Assembly (NCBI GenBank): GCA_039589315.1
Contig: JBDHHQ010000004.1
Location: 46,845 to 110,844 of the forward strand
Reading direction: 5' to 3'
DNA from: Gemmatimonadota bacterium
GTDB lineage: Bacteria; Gemmatimonadota; Gemmatimonadetes; Longimicrobiales; Gaopeijiaceae
DNA: 64,000 nt
Numbering within the stretch: the first letter of the stretch is position 1; each line of letters begins with the position of its first letter. The translations under genes and the position numbers were made by a program. This document shows positions 46,411-55,332 of the stretch, piece after piece. The notes beneath the pieces are model-generated. The model made no database searches and was not told the DNA's origin. It saw nothing but the letters and a program-made list of their open reading frames with translations.

Positions 46411-48677
46411 TGCGGGCCGGGGTATGGCCAGCGCGGACGCTCGCCCTCGCAGCCCTTACCGGGCTCTTCTTCGTGGCCGCCTGGCCGGCGTCCGCGCAGG
46501 AGGCGGACGTTCCGGGCGCTGGAGATGCGACCCTCGGCGAGCGGAGCTACCCGATCGATCCGCTAACAGCGCCGCGACCATCCATGAAGGCGGTCCGCAC
46601 GGACGAGCCCATCGTGATCGACGGCCGGCTCGACGAGCCGGCATGGGCCCTGGCCGACGTCGCCGCGGATTTCGTGCAGAACCAGCCTCAGCCCGGTCAC
46701 GCGGCCAGCGAGCGGACCGAGGTGCGGGTGCTCTACGACTCCGAGAGTCTCTACATCAGCGCCGTCTGCCACGATTCGGAGATGGACAAGGTCCTGATCC
46801 CGGGGCTGGAGCGGGAGTTCGACCCCCGAGGAGGCGACGTGTTCGCCTTGGCCATCGACCCCTTCCACGACGAACGCAACTCCTTCGTCTTCATCAGCCA
46901 CCCGAGGGGCGCCGAGCGCGACGAGCAGACCTTCGACAACAGCCGGCAGATCATCGTGGCGTGGGAGGGGGTCTGGGACGCCGAGGCCACGATGAGCGAC
47001 TCGGCATGGATCGTGGAGATGGAGATCCCCTTCGCGACAGTGCGCTTCAAACCCGCGGAAGGGCCGCAGGACTGGGGCATCAACTTCGCCCGCATCATCC
47101 GCCGCCACAACGAGTGGGACTACTGGGCACCCCTCGCGCGGCACGAGATCCTGCATCAGATGGTGCGGGCCGGCGACCTGACGGGCTTCCAGGGAATCGA
47201 GGCGGGAAGGAACCTCCAGGTGAAGCCCTACGGCTTGGGTGGGCATTCCACAGGCCTACAAGTACCCGACGACGACCAGGGTTCCCGCTTGACCGGCGGG
47301 TTGGATTTGAAGTACGGGCTGACTCCTGGTCTGACCATGGACCTGACGGTCAACACCGACTTCGCTCAGGTGGAGCTGGACGAAGAGCAGGTCAACCTGA
47401 CCCGTTTCTCCCTGTTCTTCCCCGAGCGGCGCGGCTTCTTCATCGAGAACCAGGGCACCTTCAGCTTCGGCGACGTTACGGAGCGTGGGTACCGCATGGG
47501 CGCGAACCTACGGGACTTCTCGCTGTTCCACTCGAGGCGCATCGGGCTCACGCCCGACGGCCGGAGCATTCCCATCTACGGGGGCGGCCGGGTCAGCGGC
47601 CGGGTGGGTCGCTTCAACGTGGGATTCCTCACCATGCAGACCCAGGGCCTGGACAGCCTGCCGTCCGAGAACTTCGTCGTGGCCCGGGTCAAGCGGGACG
47701 TCCTGGGGAACTCGGACGTGGGCGTCATGTTCATCAACCGCCAGGCCACCAGTGGGCAGCTCCGGCCGTACAACCAGAGCTTCGGGGCAGACGCGAACAT
47801 CAGGCCGATCGATCACCTCGTCTTCAACACCTACTTGGCGGGCACGCGTGGACCGGGCGAGGCCTCGGACGGGACCGCGGCCAAGTTCGGCGCGGCCTGG
47901 CGAGACAACTTCTGGAACACGTCGTTCTTCGTGAAACAGGTGGACGGTGAGTTCAACCCGGCCGTGGGGTTCATCCGGCGCCGCGACATGCGGCACTTCT
48001 ACGCCACGTTGGGCGTCCATCCCCAGCCGGGGACTCGGTCGATCCAGGAGATCAACCCCTTCTTGGAAGCAGACTACATCACGAATCTCGCCTCTGTCCT
48101 CGAGACGCGACGCATCACCGGGGGCCTGACGTTCACCCTCGGCAGCAGCGCGGCGATCACCGGCCAGGTAAACGACGTCTTCGAGCGGCTCGACGAGCCA
48201 TTCCTGATCCCGGGCGGTGCAGTGATTCAGCCCGGGAATTATTCGTTCCGCGAGGCGGTGTTCTCCTACACCTCCTCCGGCAACGGCAACCTGAAGGGGA
48301 ACGCCAGCGTGACCTTGGGGGGCTTCTGGGACGGAACGCGCAGAGCCCTCCAGGTGGGAGCGGCCTGGAGGCCCCGCTACGACCTCTACCTGGACCTTTC
48401 CCTGGAGCGAAACGACGTCGACCTTCCCGACGCCGCCTTCACGGCGGACGTCGCCGGGCTCAAGATCCAATACGCGTTCAACACCAGTCTCTTCTGGAGC
48501 GCGTTCGTCCAGTACAACACCCAGAGCGACCAGCTCGTCACCAACCTGCGAGGGCAGTTCCGCTATGCGCCCCTGAGCGACTTCTACGTCGTGTTCACGG
48601 AGCGTCGCGACACGCGTCGGAACCTCACGTTGGACCGGTCCATTGCGCTCAAGGCGACGAAGATGTTCGCGTTCTAG
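46410..48677 (+). CDS. DUF5916 / CBM9-like probable outer-membrane protein
   Basis: TGATG coupling; IDGRLDEPAW, EMEIPF, NTDFAQVELD, NLTRFSLFFPERRGFFIE; C-terminal Phe. Confidence 0.85.
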   Translation: MRAGVWPARTLALAALTGLFFVAAWPASAQEADVPGAGDATLGERSYPIDPLTAPRPSMKAVRTDEPIVIDGRLDEPAWALADVAADFVQNQPQPGHAASERTEVRVLYDSESLYISAVCHDSEMDKVLIPGLEREFDPRGGDVFALAIDPFHDERNSFVFISHPRGAERDEQTFDNSRQIIVAWEGVWDAEATMSDSAWIVEMEIPFATVRFKPAEGPQDWGINFARIIRRHNEWDYWAPLARHEILHQMVRAGDLTGFQGIEAGRNLQVKPYGLGGHSTGLQVPDDDQGSRLTGGLDLKYGLTPGLTMDLTVNTDFAQVELDEEQVNLTRFSLFFPERRGFFIENQGTFSFGDVTERGYRMGANLRDFSLFHSRRIGLTPDGRSIPIYGGGRVSGRVGRFNVGFLTMQTQGLDSLPSENFVVARVKRDVLGNSDVGVMFINRQATSGQLRPYNQSFGADANIRPIDHLVFNTYLAGTRGPGEASDGTAAKFGAAWRDNFWNTSFFVKQVDGEFNPAVGFIRRRDMRHFYATLGVHPQPGTRSIQEINPFLEADYITNLASVLETRRITGGLTFTLGSSAAITGQVNDVFERLDEPFLIPGGAVIQPGNYSFREAVFSYTSSGNGNLKGNASVTLGGFWDGTRRALQVGAAWRPRYDLYLDLSLERNDVDLPDAAFTADVAGLKIQYAFNTSLFWSAFVQYNTQSDQLVTNLRGQFRYAPLSDFYVVFTERRDTRRNLTLDRSIALKATKMFAF

Positions 48678-48680
48678 GGG

Positions 48681-49337
48681 TCAACCACTGGGCAGGGCGG
48701 AGGATGCGGCTGGGGAGGCGAGACCGGCGGCGGTCTCCTCCTCGTGACCCCAGGAGGGTGACGGTAGAGGCACGTCACGCGACAGGTCGAACTCCAGCCG
48801 GTGCCGCCATGCGCCCGCTCTCACGGTCCCGTACGTGAAGCGCTCGCCGGAGACGACCTCGATGGCCCAACCCCCGACGACCCCTTCATCCGTCTCGCGA
48901 GGAAACTCCTGCCGCTCGGCAGTCCCGGGCGCCTGGGTCACGGCGCCGTACATCGTCGGGTCACCCGGGGATCCGTCTTCGTGGCGATGGTCGTGCCGCA
49001 GCTCGATGGCATCGGCGTGGCGTGTGAGAACCCATGTCCTCGAGCGGTCGTCCCCGACGTTGAAGGAGATCCTGATGACGTCGTCTGAGCACTCCCGGAC
49101 GTGCATTACGAGCTCCGCTCCGTCGAGCCAGTCGTCAGCCTCAGGGAACTCCTCGGCCACACCGGCGAACGCTCTCGAGCAGTGCTCCGAAAGGCGCGAC
49201 CAGAACTGATCCTGGGCGGCAGGTTGCGCTGGAGGTGCTTCCTCCTCCGGCTGAGGGGCGTCCTCCACGCGACCACAGCCCACCAGGGAGCAGACGGCCA
49301 GGCAGAGTACGAGTCGGTAAGGGAGGGCCTGTGTCAT
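48681..49337 (-). CDS. Conserved hypothetical lipoprotein with HDHRHEDG motif
   Basis: ATG 49337; lipobox LVGC; C..AFAG, MHVREC, VGDDRSRTW, LRHDHRHEDG, TMYG, P.P.WG. Confidence 0.75.
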   Translation of the reverse strand: MTQALPYRLVLCLAVCSLVGCGRVEDAPQPEEEAPPAQPAAQDQFWSRLSEHCSRAFAGVAEEFPEADDWLDGAELVMHVRECSDDVIRISFNVGDDRSRTWVLTRHADAIELRHDHRHEDGSPGDPTMYGAVTQAPGTAERQEFPRETDEGVVGGWAIEVVSGERFTYGTVRAGAWRHRLEFDLSRDVPLPSPSWGHEEETAAGLASPAASSALPSG

Positions 49338-49369
49338 CTGATCCCCGTCGGTAGAGACACGCGAGACCG

Positions 49370-49882
49370 CTAGATCACCTGAACGCTCAGCACCTTGACC
49401 TCGAACACGAGTGTGGCCAAGGGCGGAATCGGTCCTTGTCCGAGGGGTCCGTAGGCGAGTTGAGGAGGGATGACGAGTCGTCGTACCCCCCCAGGCTTTG
49501 CCCCCAGCATGCCGATGTCCCACCCGGGAATCACCAGATTGGTCCCGATCTGGAACGCGAACGGTGGCTCGCGGCCTCTGATGTCTTCGATCAGCGTTCC
49601 GTCGGCCAGCCAGAGTTGATACTCAACCTCCAGAAGGTAGAAGGACTCGGCTTCGACACCGTCTCCCTCCACGATGTCCTGGAAGTAGAGACCCGAAGAG
49701 TGTTCGGTCATCTGTTCCAGATCGACCCCCAACTCGGGGGCGAACTCGACGTCCTTCACGTCTACGTCGACGAAGACGATATCCACCGGATCCGCGGCTT
49801 CACAGGCCAGGAGCCCGGTAACGACGGCCAACAAGCCCAGCCGCCAACGACGGGTGAATCTTGCACCGGCGCTTCTACTCAT
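49370..49882 (-). CDS. FKBP-type peptidyl-prolyl cis-trans isomerase, lipoprotein
   Basis: Lipobox LLAC; SGLYFQD..G.G, VIPGWD.G..G, GG.R.L.IPP.LAYG, IPP.ATLVFEV. Confidence 0.93.
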   Translation of the reverse strand: MSRSAGARFTRRWRLGLLAVVTGLLACEAADPVDIVFVDVDVKDVEFAPELGVDLEQMTEHSSGLYFQDIVEGDGVEAESFYLLEVEYQLWLADGTLIEDIRGREPPFAFQIGTNLVIPGWDIGMLGAKPGGVRRLVIPPQLAYGPLGQGPIPPLATLVFEVKVLSVQVI

Positions 49883-49981
49883 GCATCCCCTCCTACAGCG
49901 GACTGGGGAAATACGTCCGCTCGGCCGCTCCTCGTCCGCTCGGCCTCGGGTAATGGACGATGCCGGTTGGCCGGAGACCCA

Positions 49982-51937
49982 TCAAAGGGCTTCGCACGCT
50001 CCCAGGTGGAGCCGGAAGAAGTCCTCGAGCCGTTGATACATGTCGATGCGGTTCTCTGGATTGCGGAATCCGTGTCCCTCCTCGGGGTACACCTTCGTCT
50101 CGAACTCCTTGCCGTGCTTCTCCAACTCGGCCACCGCGAGATCAAAGTGCTGGATGGGCACCCTGCGGTCCAGTGCGCCGTGCATCAGGAGCACCGGAGC
50201 CGCCAGATTCTGGATCCGCTCCACGGTATTGCTCTTGGCGTAGGTTTCCGGCCTCTCGTCGGGAGTGCCGCCATGTCCGGTCACGGTGAAGATCTGCCCC
50301 AGGCGGTCCGTGTACTCCAGCGTCTGGGTCTTCGAGTAGGCTCCGCGCATCGGCACCGCCGCGTCGAATTTGTTGGGCGTCCGCGTGGCCGCTGCCAGGG
50401 ACATGCTGCCGCCATAGCTGCCCCCGTAGATGCCCACGCGGCCCGTGGCAAAGGGAAGCTCTCGCAGGAAGTCGGCGGCCGCGCCCGCGTCCAGGGCCTG
50501 TCCGTTGAGCCAGTCCTCCACGCCGAGGTCCTGGAACCCCCGGCCGAATCCCGAGCCGCCTCGGTAGTTGATGGCGAGCACCACGAAGCCGCGGGAAGCC
50601 AGGTACTGCTCTGTCAGATTGAGGCCCTTGAGGTACGAGTTCGTGCCACCGCCGTGCACCTGAACCAGGGCCGGACACCGTTGTCCGTTCCCTACCTCCG
50701 GCGGCCGGAAGAGGAACGCCTGGATCCGAAGGCCATCGAAGCTCTCGAACGAGACCTCGATGGGCTCCGTGAGATCGGCCCAGCGGGGAGCGAAATCGCT
50801 GATCTGCCGCGGCGACCCACCCTGCGCCGGCACGTAGTAGACCTCGCTGCCCAGGCTGGGGCCGCTGCGGACGAAGGCCAGATGGCGACCGTCTGGAGTG
50901 GCGTGGAACGAGGGCATGGCGCCGCCCATGTGGGTCACCCGGGTGGCCACTCCCCCCGAAGCGGGCACCGCCCATACGTCGTAGTCCCCGCGTTGCATGT
51001 AGGGGAAGAGGAGTACTTGCCCGTCCCCCGTCCAGAACGGCCGATGCCGCATGATCATGTCCGAGGCAAAGACCTCCATGGGGAGGATCCGCGCGTCACC
51101 CCTCCCTGGGTCCAGGACGTAGATGTACGACAGGTCCTCGTACCAGTACTCGTTCTTGGCGGTGCCGAACACCGCGATGCGGTCCCCGGAGGGTGACCAA
51201 ACCGGGCTGGACGAAGCCATCAAGGATCGCGATAGCTGACGACGGGATCCCGTGTCCGTATCGACGAGCCAGACGTCGTCGTGCCAGTAGTCGGATTCGT
51301 TGGAGACGTAGGCGATCGTGCGGCCATCCGGTGCCCAGGCCGGCTGGAAGCGACGGTCGTCGAGAGCCATCGCCCCGCTCGTGAGCTGACGTGGCGAGCC
51401 CTGCCCGTCCGTGCGGACGGTCCAGATGTCCTGATGGCCACTCCGACCCGAATAGAAAGCCACGGTCGCGCCGTCCGGCGACAAGACGGGCGCCCGGGCG
51501 TCCCCCACGTCGGTCGTGATCTGCACCGGCTCCTCTGCTCCCGGCGGCGCGACCGTCCAGACCTCGCCGGATCGGATGAACGCGATCCGTGCGCCATCCA
51601 GAGACCAGTCCGGACTGGACGCGGATTCCCAGAAATGGACCGCCGCGTCGTTCCCCGCCCCGCTCGTGGGCAGTAGATAGATGCCCGGGCCGTCGGGTCC
51701 GGTTGCCACCACTGCGGCGAACTCACCGTTCGGAGACAACGCCACCTGCCGGGCCCCCGTATCGTGCCGGTGGATGTTCTCCAACGTGAGAGGGAGGAGC
51801 TCCAGCCTGACCGATTCGGGCTCCGGGCCGCAGCCGACGAACGCCACAACGATGGACAACAGCGATGCCACGCCGCCCGTTGTCCGGACGGCTCGGTTGG
51901 CTCGGACGGCTAGCAGGCCGCGTGAGGATCTGCCCAT
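49982..51937 (-). CDS. S9 family peptidase, lipoprotein
   Basis: SD AGGAG, ATG 51937; lipobox FVGC; SPDG repeats; VHGG, NYRGGSG, GGSYGG, HG..D.RVP, EGHGF. Confidence 0.92.
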   Translation of the reverse strand: MGRSSRGLLAVRANRAVRTTGGVASLLSIVVAFVGCGPEPESVRLELLPLTLENIHRHDTGARQVALSPNGEFAAVVATGPDGPGIYLLPTSGAGNDAAVHFWESASSPDWSLDGARIAFIRSGEVWTVAPPGAEEPVQITTDVGDARAPVLSPDGATVAFYSGRSGHQDIWTVRTDGQGSPRQLTSGAMALDDRRFQPAWAPDGRTIAYVSNESDYWHDDVWLVDTDTGSRRQLSRSLMASSSPVWSPSGDRIAVFGTAKNEYWYEDLSYIYVLDPGRGDARILPMEVFASDMIMRHRPFWTGDGQVLLFPYMQRGDYDVWAVPASGGVATRVTHMGGAMPSFHATPDGRHLAFVRSGPSLGSEVYYVPAQGGSPRQISDFAPRWADLTEPIEVSFESFDGLRIQAFLFRPPEVGNGQRCPALVQVHGGGTNSYLKGLNLTEQYLASRGFVVLAINYRGGSGFGRGFQDLGVEDWLNGQALDAGAAADFLRELPFATGRVGIYGGSYGGSMSLAAATRTPNKFDAAVPMRGAYSKTQTLEYTDRLGQIFTVTGHGGTPDERPETYAKSNTVERIQNLAAPVLLMHGALDRRVPIQHFDLAVAELEKHGKEFETKVYPEEGHGFRNPENRIDMYQRLEDFFRLHLGACEAL

Positions 51938-51983
51938 GCGACGACTCTCCTGTGGGCGCGACGCGAGGGAGGCTGCGCGAGCG

Positions 51984-53567
51984 CTAAAGCTCCTCCAGGA
52001 AGGCACGGTGGCTGATGCAGCTCTCCTCGAAGTCCGCCATCGCCTTCTTCAGCCTGCTCACGTGAGGCTCGACCGAGGAGAAGGCTTTGCCCAGGGAAGC
52101 GAACTCCTGTAACAGGTCTCCCTCAGCGACGTCTTTGCGTAGCAGTCCGAGGCCTTGCATCACGTAGAGGCCGCTCAGCTCGCCGAACGCCCTGCCTCGA
52201 ATCTGAGCCGATTGGACCCGGTTGTGGCCGAGGGTTCGATACTTCGCCATCTCGATCTTCTCGCGGACCGAGTCCGGGTAGTCGACCCTGGCCATCGTGT
52301 CCGATACGAGCTGCCAGAAGGGCGTGTCGGCCCGGTCCGTCGCGTAGTGGAGAATGATGAAGTCCCGGATGTCGTCGGTCTCGAGCTTGATCGAGCGGTT
52401 GTAGATGTCGAGCAGCTTGGGATCGAAGTTGAAGCGCGCCCTGAGCACGTCGGCCAGACCCAGGACCTGGGTGAGCGTGATCTGAATCGACGTCGACTCG
52501 AGCGGCTCGACGAAGCCGGACGAAAGGCCGATAGCGATGCAGTTCTTGATCCAGGTCTGCTCGTATGTCCCGGCCTCGAAACGCAAGGGCGAGCCCACGT
52601 TCTTGATTCGATCCGGATCCACGGATCGCGCCAGCTCCTGCCTCGCGGACTCTTCATCCGCATGATCCTCGCTGAAGACGTAGCCGGCGCTGTACCGCTC
52701 GCGGAGGGGAATCCGCCATAGCCATCCCGATTCCAGGGCGCGAGCGAGGGTGTAGGAGGGGATGGGCTCCGGGGCCCCGTTGCCCGAACCGTACTCGATA
52801 TGAAACGGGATGGCCGCATTCACGGGCAACCACTTGGAGTACGACTCCCATTGGGGATCCAGACGCCCGATCAGCCCCCGTCGAAAGCCGGTGCAGTCCA
52901 CGAAGAAATCGCCCTCGATCTTACGCTTGTCCTCCAGGACGATCCGCTCGATGAAGCCGGACTCGGGGTGCCGAAGGGCGTCAACCACGTTGGCGCTCAC
53001 GTGCTTGACGCCCGCCTTGCGGGCCAGATCGCCGAAGACCTCGGAAAACCGGCCCGTGTCCATGTGGAACGCGTACGAGCCATACCCGTGATACTCGGCG
53101 CGATCCGTCTTGAACCCGGCTCGCCAGGGGACCTTGGATGCTCCAGCGAGCCTTGCGTAGGACGTAGCCAGGTCGTGGAGGGGGGCTTCGTTGGCCAGAG
53201 CGTAGCTGACGAGTCGGTTGTACCCGGGAGAGACCGCGAACTCGGGCTTGGCAAAGGCCTCACCACCGTCCAGGAACGGGTGGTAATACGTGTCGCCGAG
53301 GCCGCGCCAATTCTCGAACCGCACGGCCAGCTTTATGCTGCCGCCCACCTCCTTCACGAAGCGGACGGGATCGTGTCGAGTGATCGTGAGGAAGTGGTAG
53401 AAGAACGGCGTGAGGGCCTCCCCGACTCCGATGGGCGGCGTCGACGGGGACTCGATCAGCGTGATGCGAGCTCTCGGCATCCGGGCCCGGAGGACGTTCG
53501 CCGTGATCCAGCCGGCCGTGCCTCCGCCCACGATCACGATCTTGCCGATGCGACGATAGTCGGCCAA
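51984..53567 (-). CDS. Flavin-dependent halogenase, tryptophan halogenase family
   Basis: GGGTAGW, IGVGEA, catalytic Lys in GSIKLAVRFENW, FFVDCTGF, GWLWRIPL (WxWxIP), GFVEPLESTSI, DFIILHY. Confidence 0.92.
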   Translation of the reverse strand: MADYRRIGKIVIVGGGTAGWITANVLRARMPRARITLIESPSTPPIGVGEALTPFFYHFLTITRHDPVRFVKEVGGSIKLAVRFENWRGLGDTYYHPFLDGGEAFAKPEFAVSPGYNRLVSYALANEAPLHDLATSYARLAGASKVPWRAGFKTDRAEYHGYGSYAFHMDTGRFSEVFGDLARKAGVKHVSANVVDALRHPESGFIERIVLEDKRKIEGDFFVDCTGFRRGLIGRLDPQWESYSKWLPVNAAIPFHIEYGSGNGAPEPIPSYTLARALESGWLWRIPLRERYSAGYVFSEDHADEESARQELARSVDPDRIKNVGSPLRFEAGTYEQTWIKNCIAIGLSSGFVEPLESTSIQITLTQVLGLADVLRARFNFDPKLLDIYNRSIKLETDDIRDFIILHYATDRADTPFWQLVSDTMARVDYPDSVREKIEMAKYRTLGHNRVQSAQIRGRAFGELSGLYVMQGLGLLRKDVAEGDLLQEFASLGKAFSSVEPHVSRLKKAMADFEESCISHRAFLEEL

Positions 53568-53627
53568 AGCCGCCCCTTTCTCCGACTTGGGTGGCGAGGG
53601 TCTTCAGGGCCGTGCCAGGGGCGGGCA

Positions 53628-53657
53628 AGTCTACCGGTCCCGCGAAAGCGGTGTCAA
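53628..53657 (-). promoter_or_regulatory. Sigma70-type promoter for the halogenase gene cluster
   Basis: TTGACA (53657-53652), 18-nt spacer, TAGACT (53633-53628), about 60 nt before the TTG start. Confidence 0.6.
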
Positions 53658-53862
53658 ACGAAGCGTCGGACCTGGAGCGCCATGGGCGGCCCAGGTCGGG
53701 TGCTTCGCGAGCCGGTCGCACTTGTTGCAGCAACCGAGCACGGGAGCCACGTTGAGACCCGCAACGACGACACCTGGCGTCCTCTGAGTCATCCGCCGGT
53801 CCTTCGGCCTGGGACCACGGTGCCGCTCGAACCAAGCACTGACCGGCAAGGAGAGTGGAATC

Positions 53863-55170
53863 ATGAAGTCACGTCTGCTGAGTGCGTTGGTGGCGCTGTT
53901 CGCGTCCGTCGGTGTGGCCTCGGGCCAGGATGCCGATCTGGCGATCGTCGGCGGCATGCTCATCGACGGGAACGAAGGGACACCGATCCAGAACTCGGTG
54001 GTGCTCGTCCGCGGGGACCGGATCGTCGACGTGGGACAGGTCGGAATCACGCCGGTGCCCGACGGAGCCCGCGTCATCGACGCCAACGGCATGACGGTCA
54101 TGCCGGGGCTGATCGAGAGCCACGCACACCTGATGATCGTGGGGCACGGCGAGTACTCGGAATACTTCCCGCGATACGAGGATCGCATCAAGGAGATCAT
54201 GAGGTTGGCGGCTCCTCAGTTGATCTACGCCGGGGTCACGACCGCTCGGGACGTGGGCGCCCCCCTCCAGCCCAGCGTCGAAGTAAGGGAGGAGATCGCC
54301 TCCGGCGAGCTCGTCGGGCCGCGGCTGTTCGTCTCGGGTCCCTTCATCGTCCGCGATTTCGGTCCGTACGACGAGTACTTCCAGGTCAAGGTCAACAGTG
54401 TCGAGGAGGCGCGTCAGGCGGCCATCGACCTCCTCGAGGGAGGCGCGGATCTCCTGAAGCCATGGGGCCGCATCAACCCCGAGGATCTGGTGGTGATCGT
54501 CGAGGAAGCCCGCAGGCGGGGCAAGACGGTTGCCACCCATCCGGGTGCGCTGGACCGAATCCGGGCGGACGTTGAAGCGGGTGTCACCTCGATCGAGCAC
54601 TTCCCGGGGGCCGGCAAGACCTATATCGAGCAGGAAGCGATCGAGCTGATCGTGAACAGCGGCACCTGGGTGGTTCCATCCTGGAACGGCGGCCCCATCT
54701 ACTACTGGACGCTGAAGTTCCCCGAGCGTCTGGACAATCCGCTGCTCAGGGAGTTCCTGCCGGAGGACCTCTACACGGACGTGCGCAGGTCGCTCGATCA
54801 CTTCGAGCGACTGGGGTATTTCCGTGGCGGCAAGGGCAACCCCACGGCGTACAAGAACAAGCTGATGCAGCTGTACAACGCGGGAGCCAGGATCGCTCTG
54901 GGTACCGACTCCGGGACGCCCATGAACTTCCACTACGAGGCCATGTGGCAGCAGATGAAGGTGTGGGTCGATTACGGCATGGCGCCCATGCACGTGATCA
55001 GCGCGGCGACCCGGCACGGCGCGGAGCTGTTGGGAATGGCCGACGAGTTCGGCACGGTCGAACCCGGCAAGCTGGCTGACATCATCGTGGTGGACGGGAA
55101 TCCACTGATGGACATGATGGCGTTGCGGAATCCCGTCCGCGTGATCAAGGGGGGTGAGGTGCTCAAGTAG
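53863..55170 (+). CDS. Exported metal-dependent amidohydrolase (paralog A7, same subfamily as A1-A6)
   Basis: Signal ending ASG-Q; ESHAH, DLLK, ATH, SIEH, GTDSGTPMNFHYE. Confidence 0.92.
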   Translation: MKSRLLSALVALFASVGVASGQDADLAIVGGMLIDGNEGTPIQNSVVLVRGDRIVDVGQVGITPVPDGARVIDANGMTVMPGLIESHAHLMIVGHGEYSEYFPRYEDRIKEIMRLAAPQLIYAGVTTARDVGAPLQPSVEVREEIASGELVGPRLFVSGPFIVRDFGPYDEYFQVKVNSVEEARQAAIDLLEGGADLLKPWGRINPEDLVVIVEEARRRGKTVATHPGALDRIRADVEAGVTSIEHFPGAGKTYIEQEAIELIVNSGTWVVPSWNGGPIYYWTLKFPERLDNPLLREFLPEDLYTDVRRSLDHFERLGYFRGGKGNPTAYKNKLMQLYNAGARIALGTDSGTPMNFHYEAMWQQMKVWVDYGMAPMHVISAATRHGAELLGMADEFGTVEPGKLADIIVVDGNPLMDMMALRNPVRVIKGGEVLK

Positions 55171-55332
55171 GACGGGGCTTCCTGGCACCCCGGCTACGCC
55201 TGGCACACCGGCCTCGACCACCGGGACCTGGGTTCGCACCTGACTCGATGTGCACCCTGTCCGCCCGGTCGCCGCTCCGTCGCCGCGGTCGGGTGGACGA
55301 ACGCCAGTAACATGCCCCCTTCCGGAGGGACC

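Noticed and set aside
51984..53567. Halogenase plus S9 peptidase as a RiPP biosynthetic cluster
   Set aside because: No credible precursor peptide, RRE-containing modifier or exporter nearby, and the peptidase is an exported lipoprotein.
55181..55298. Short direct repeat CCTGGCAC(C/A)CCGGC x2 and a hairpin after amidohydrolase A7
   Set aside because: Only two imperfect copies and not seen elsewhere in the window; at most a terminator-like element.
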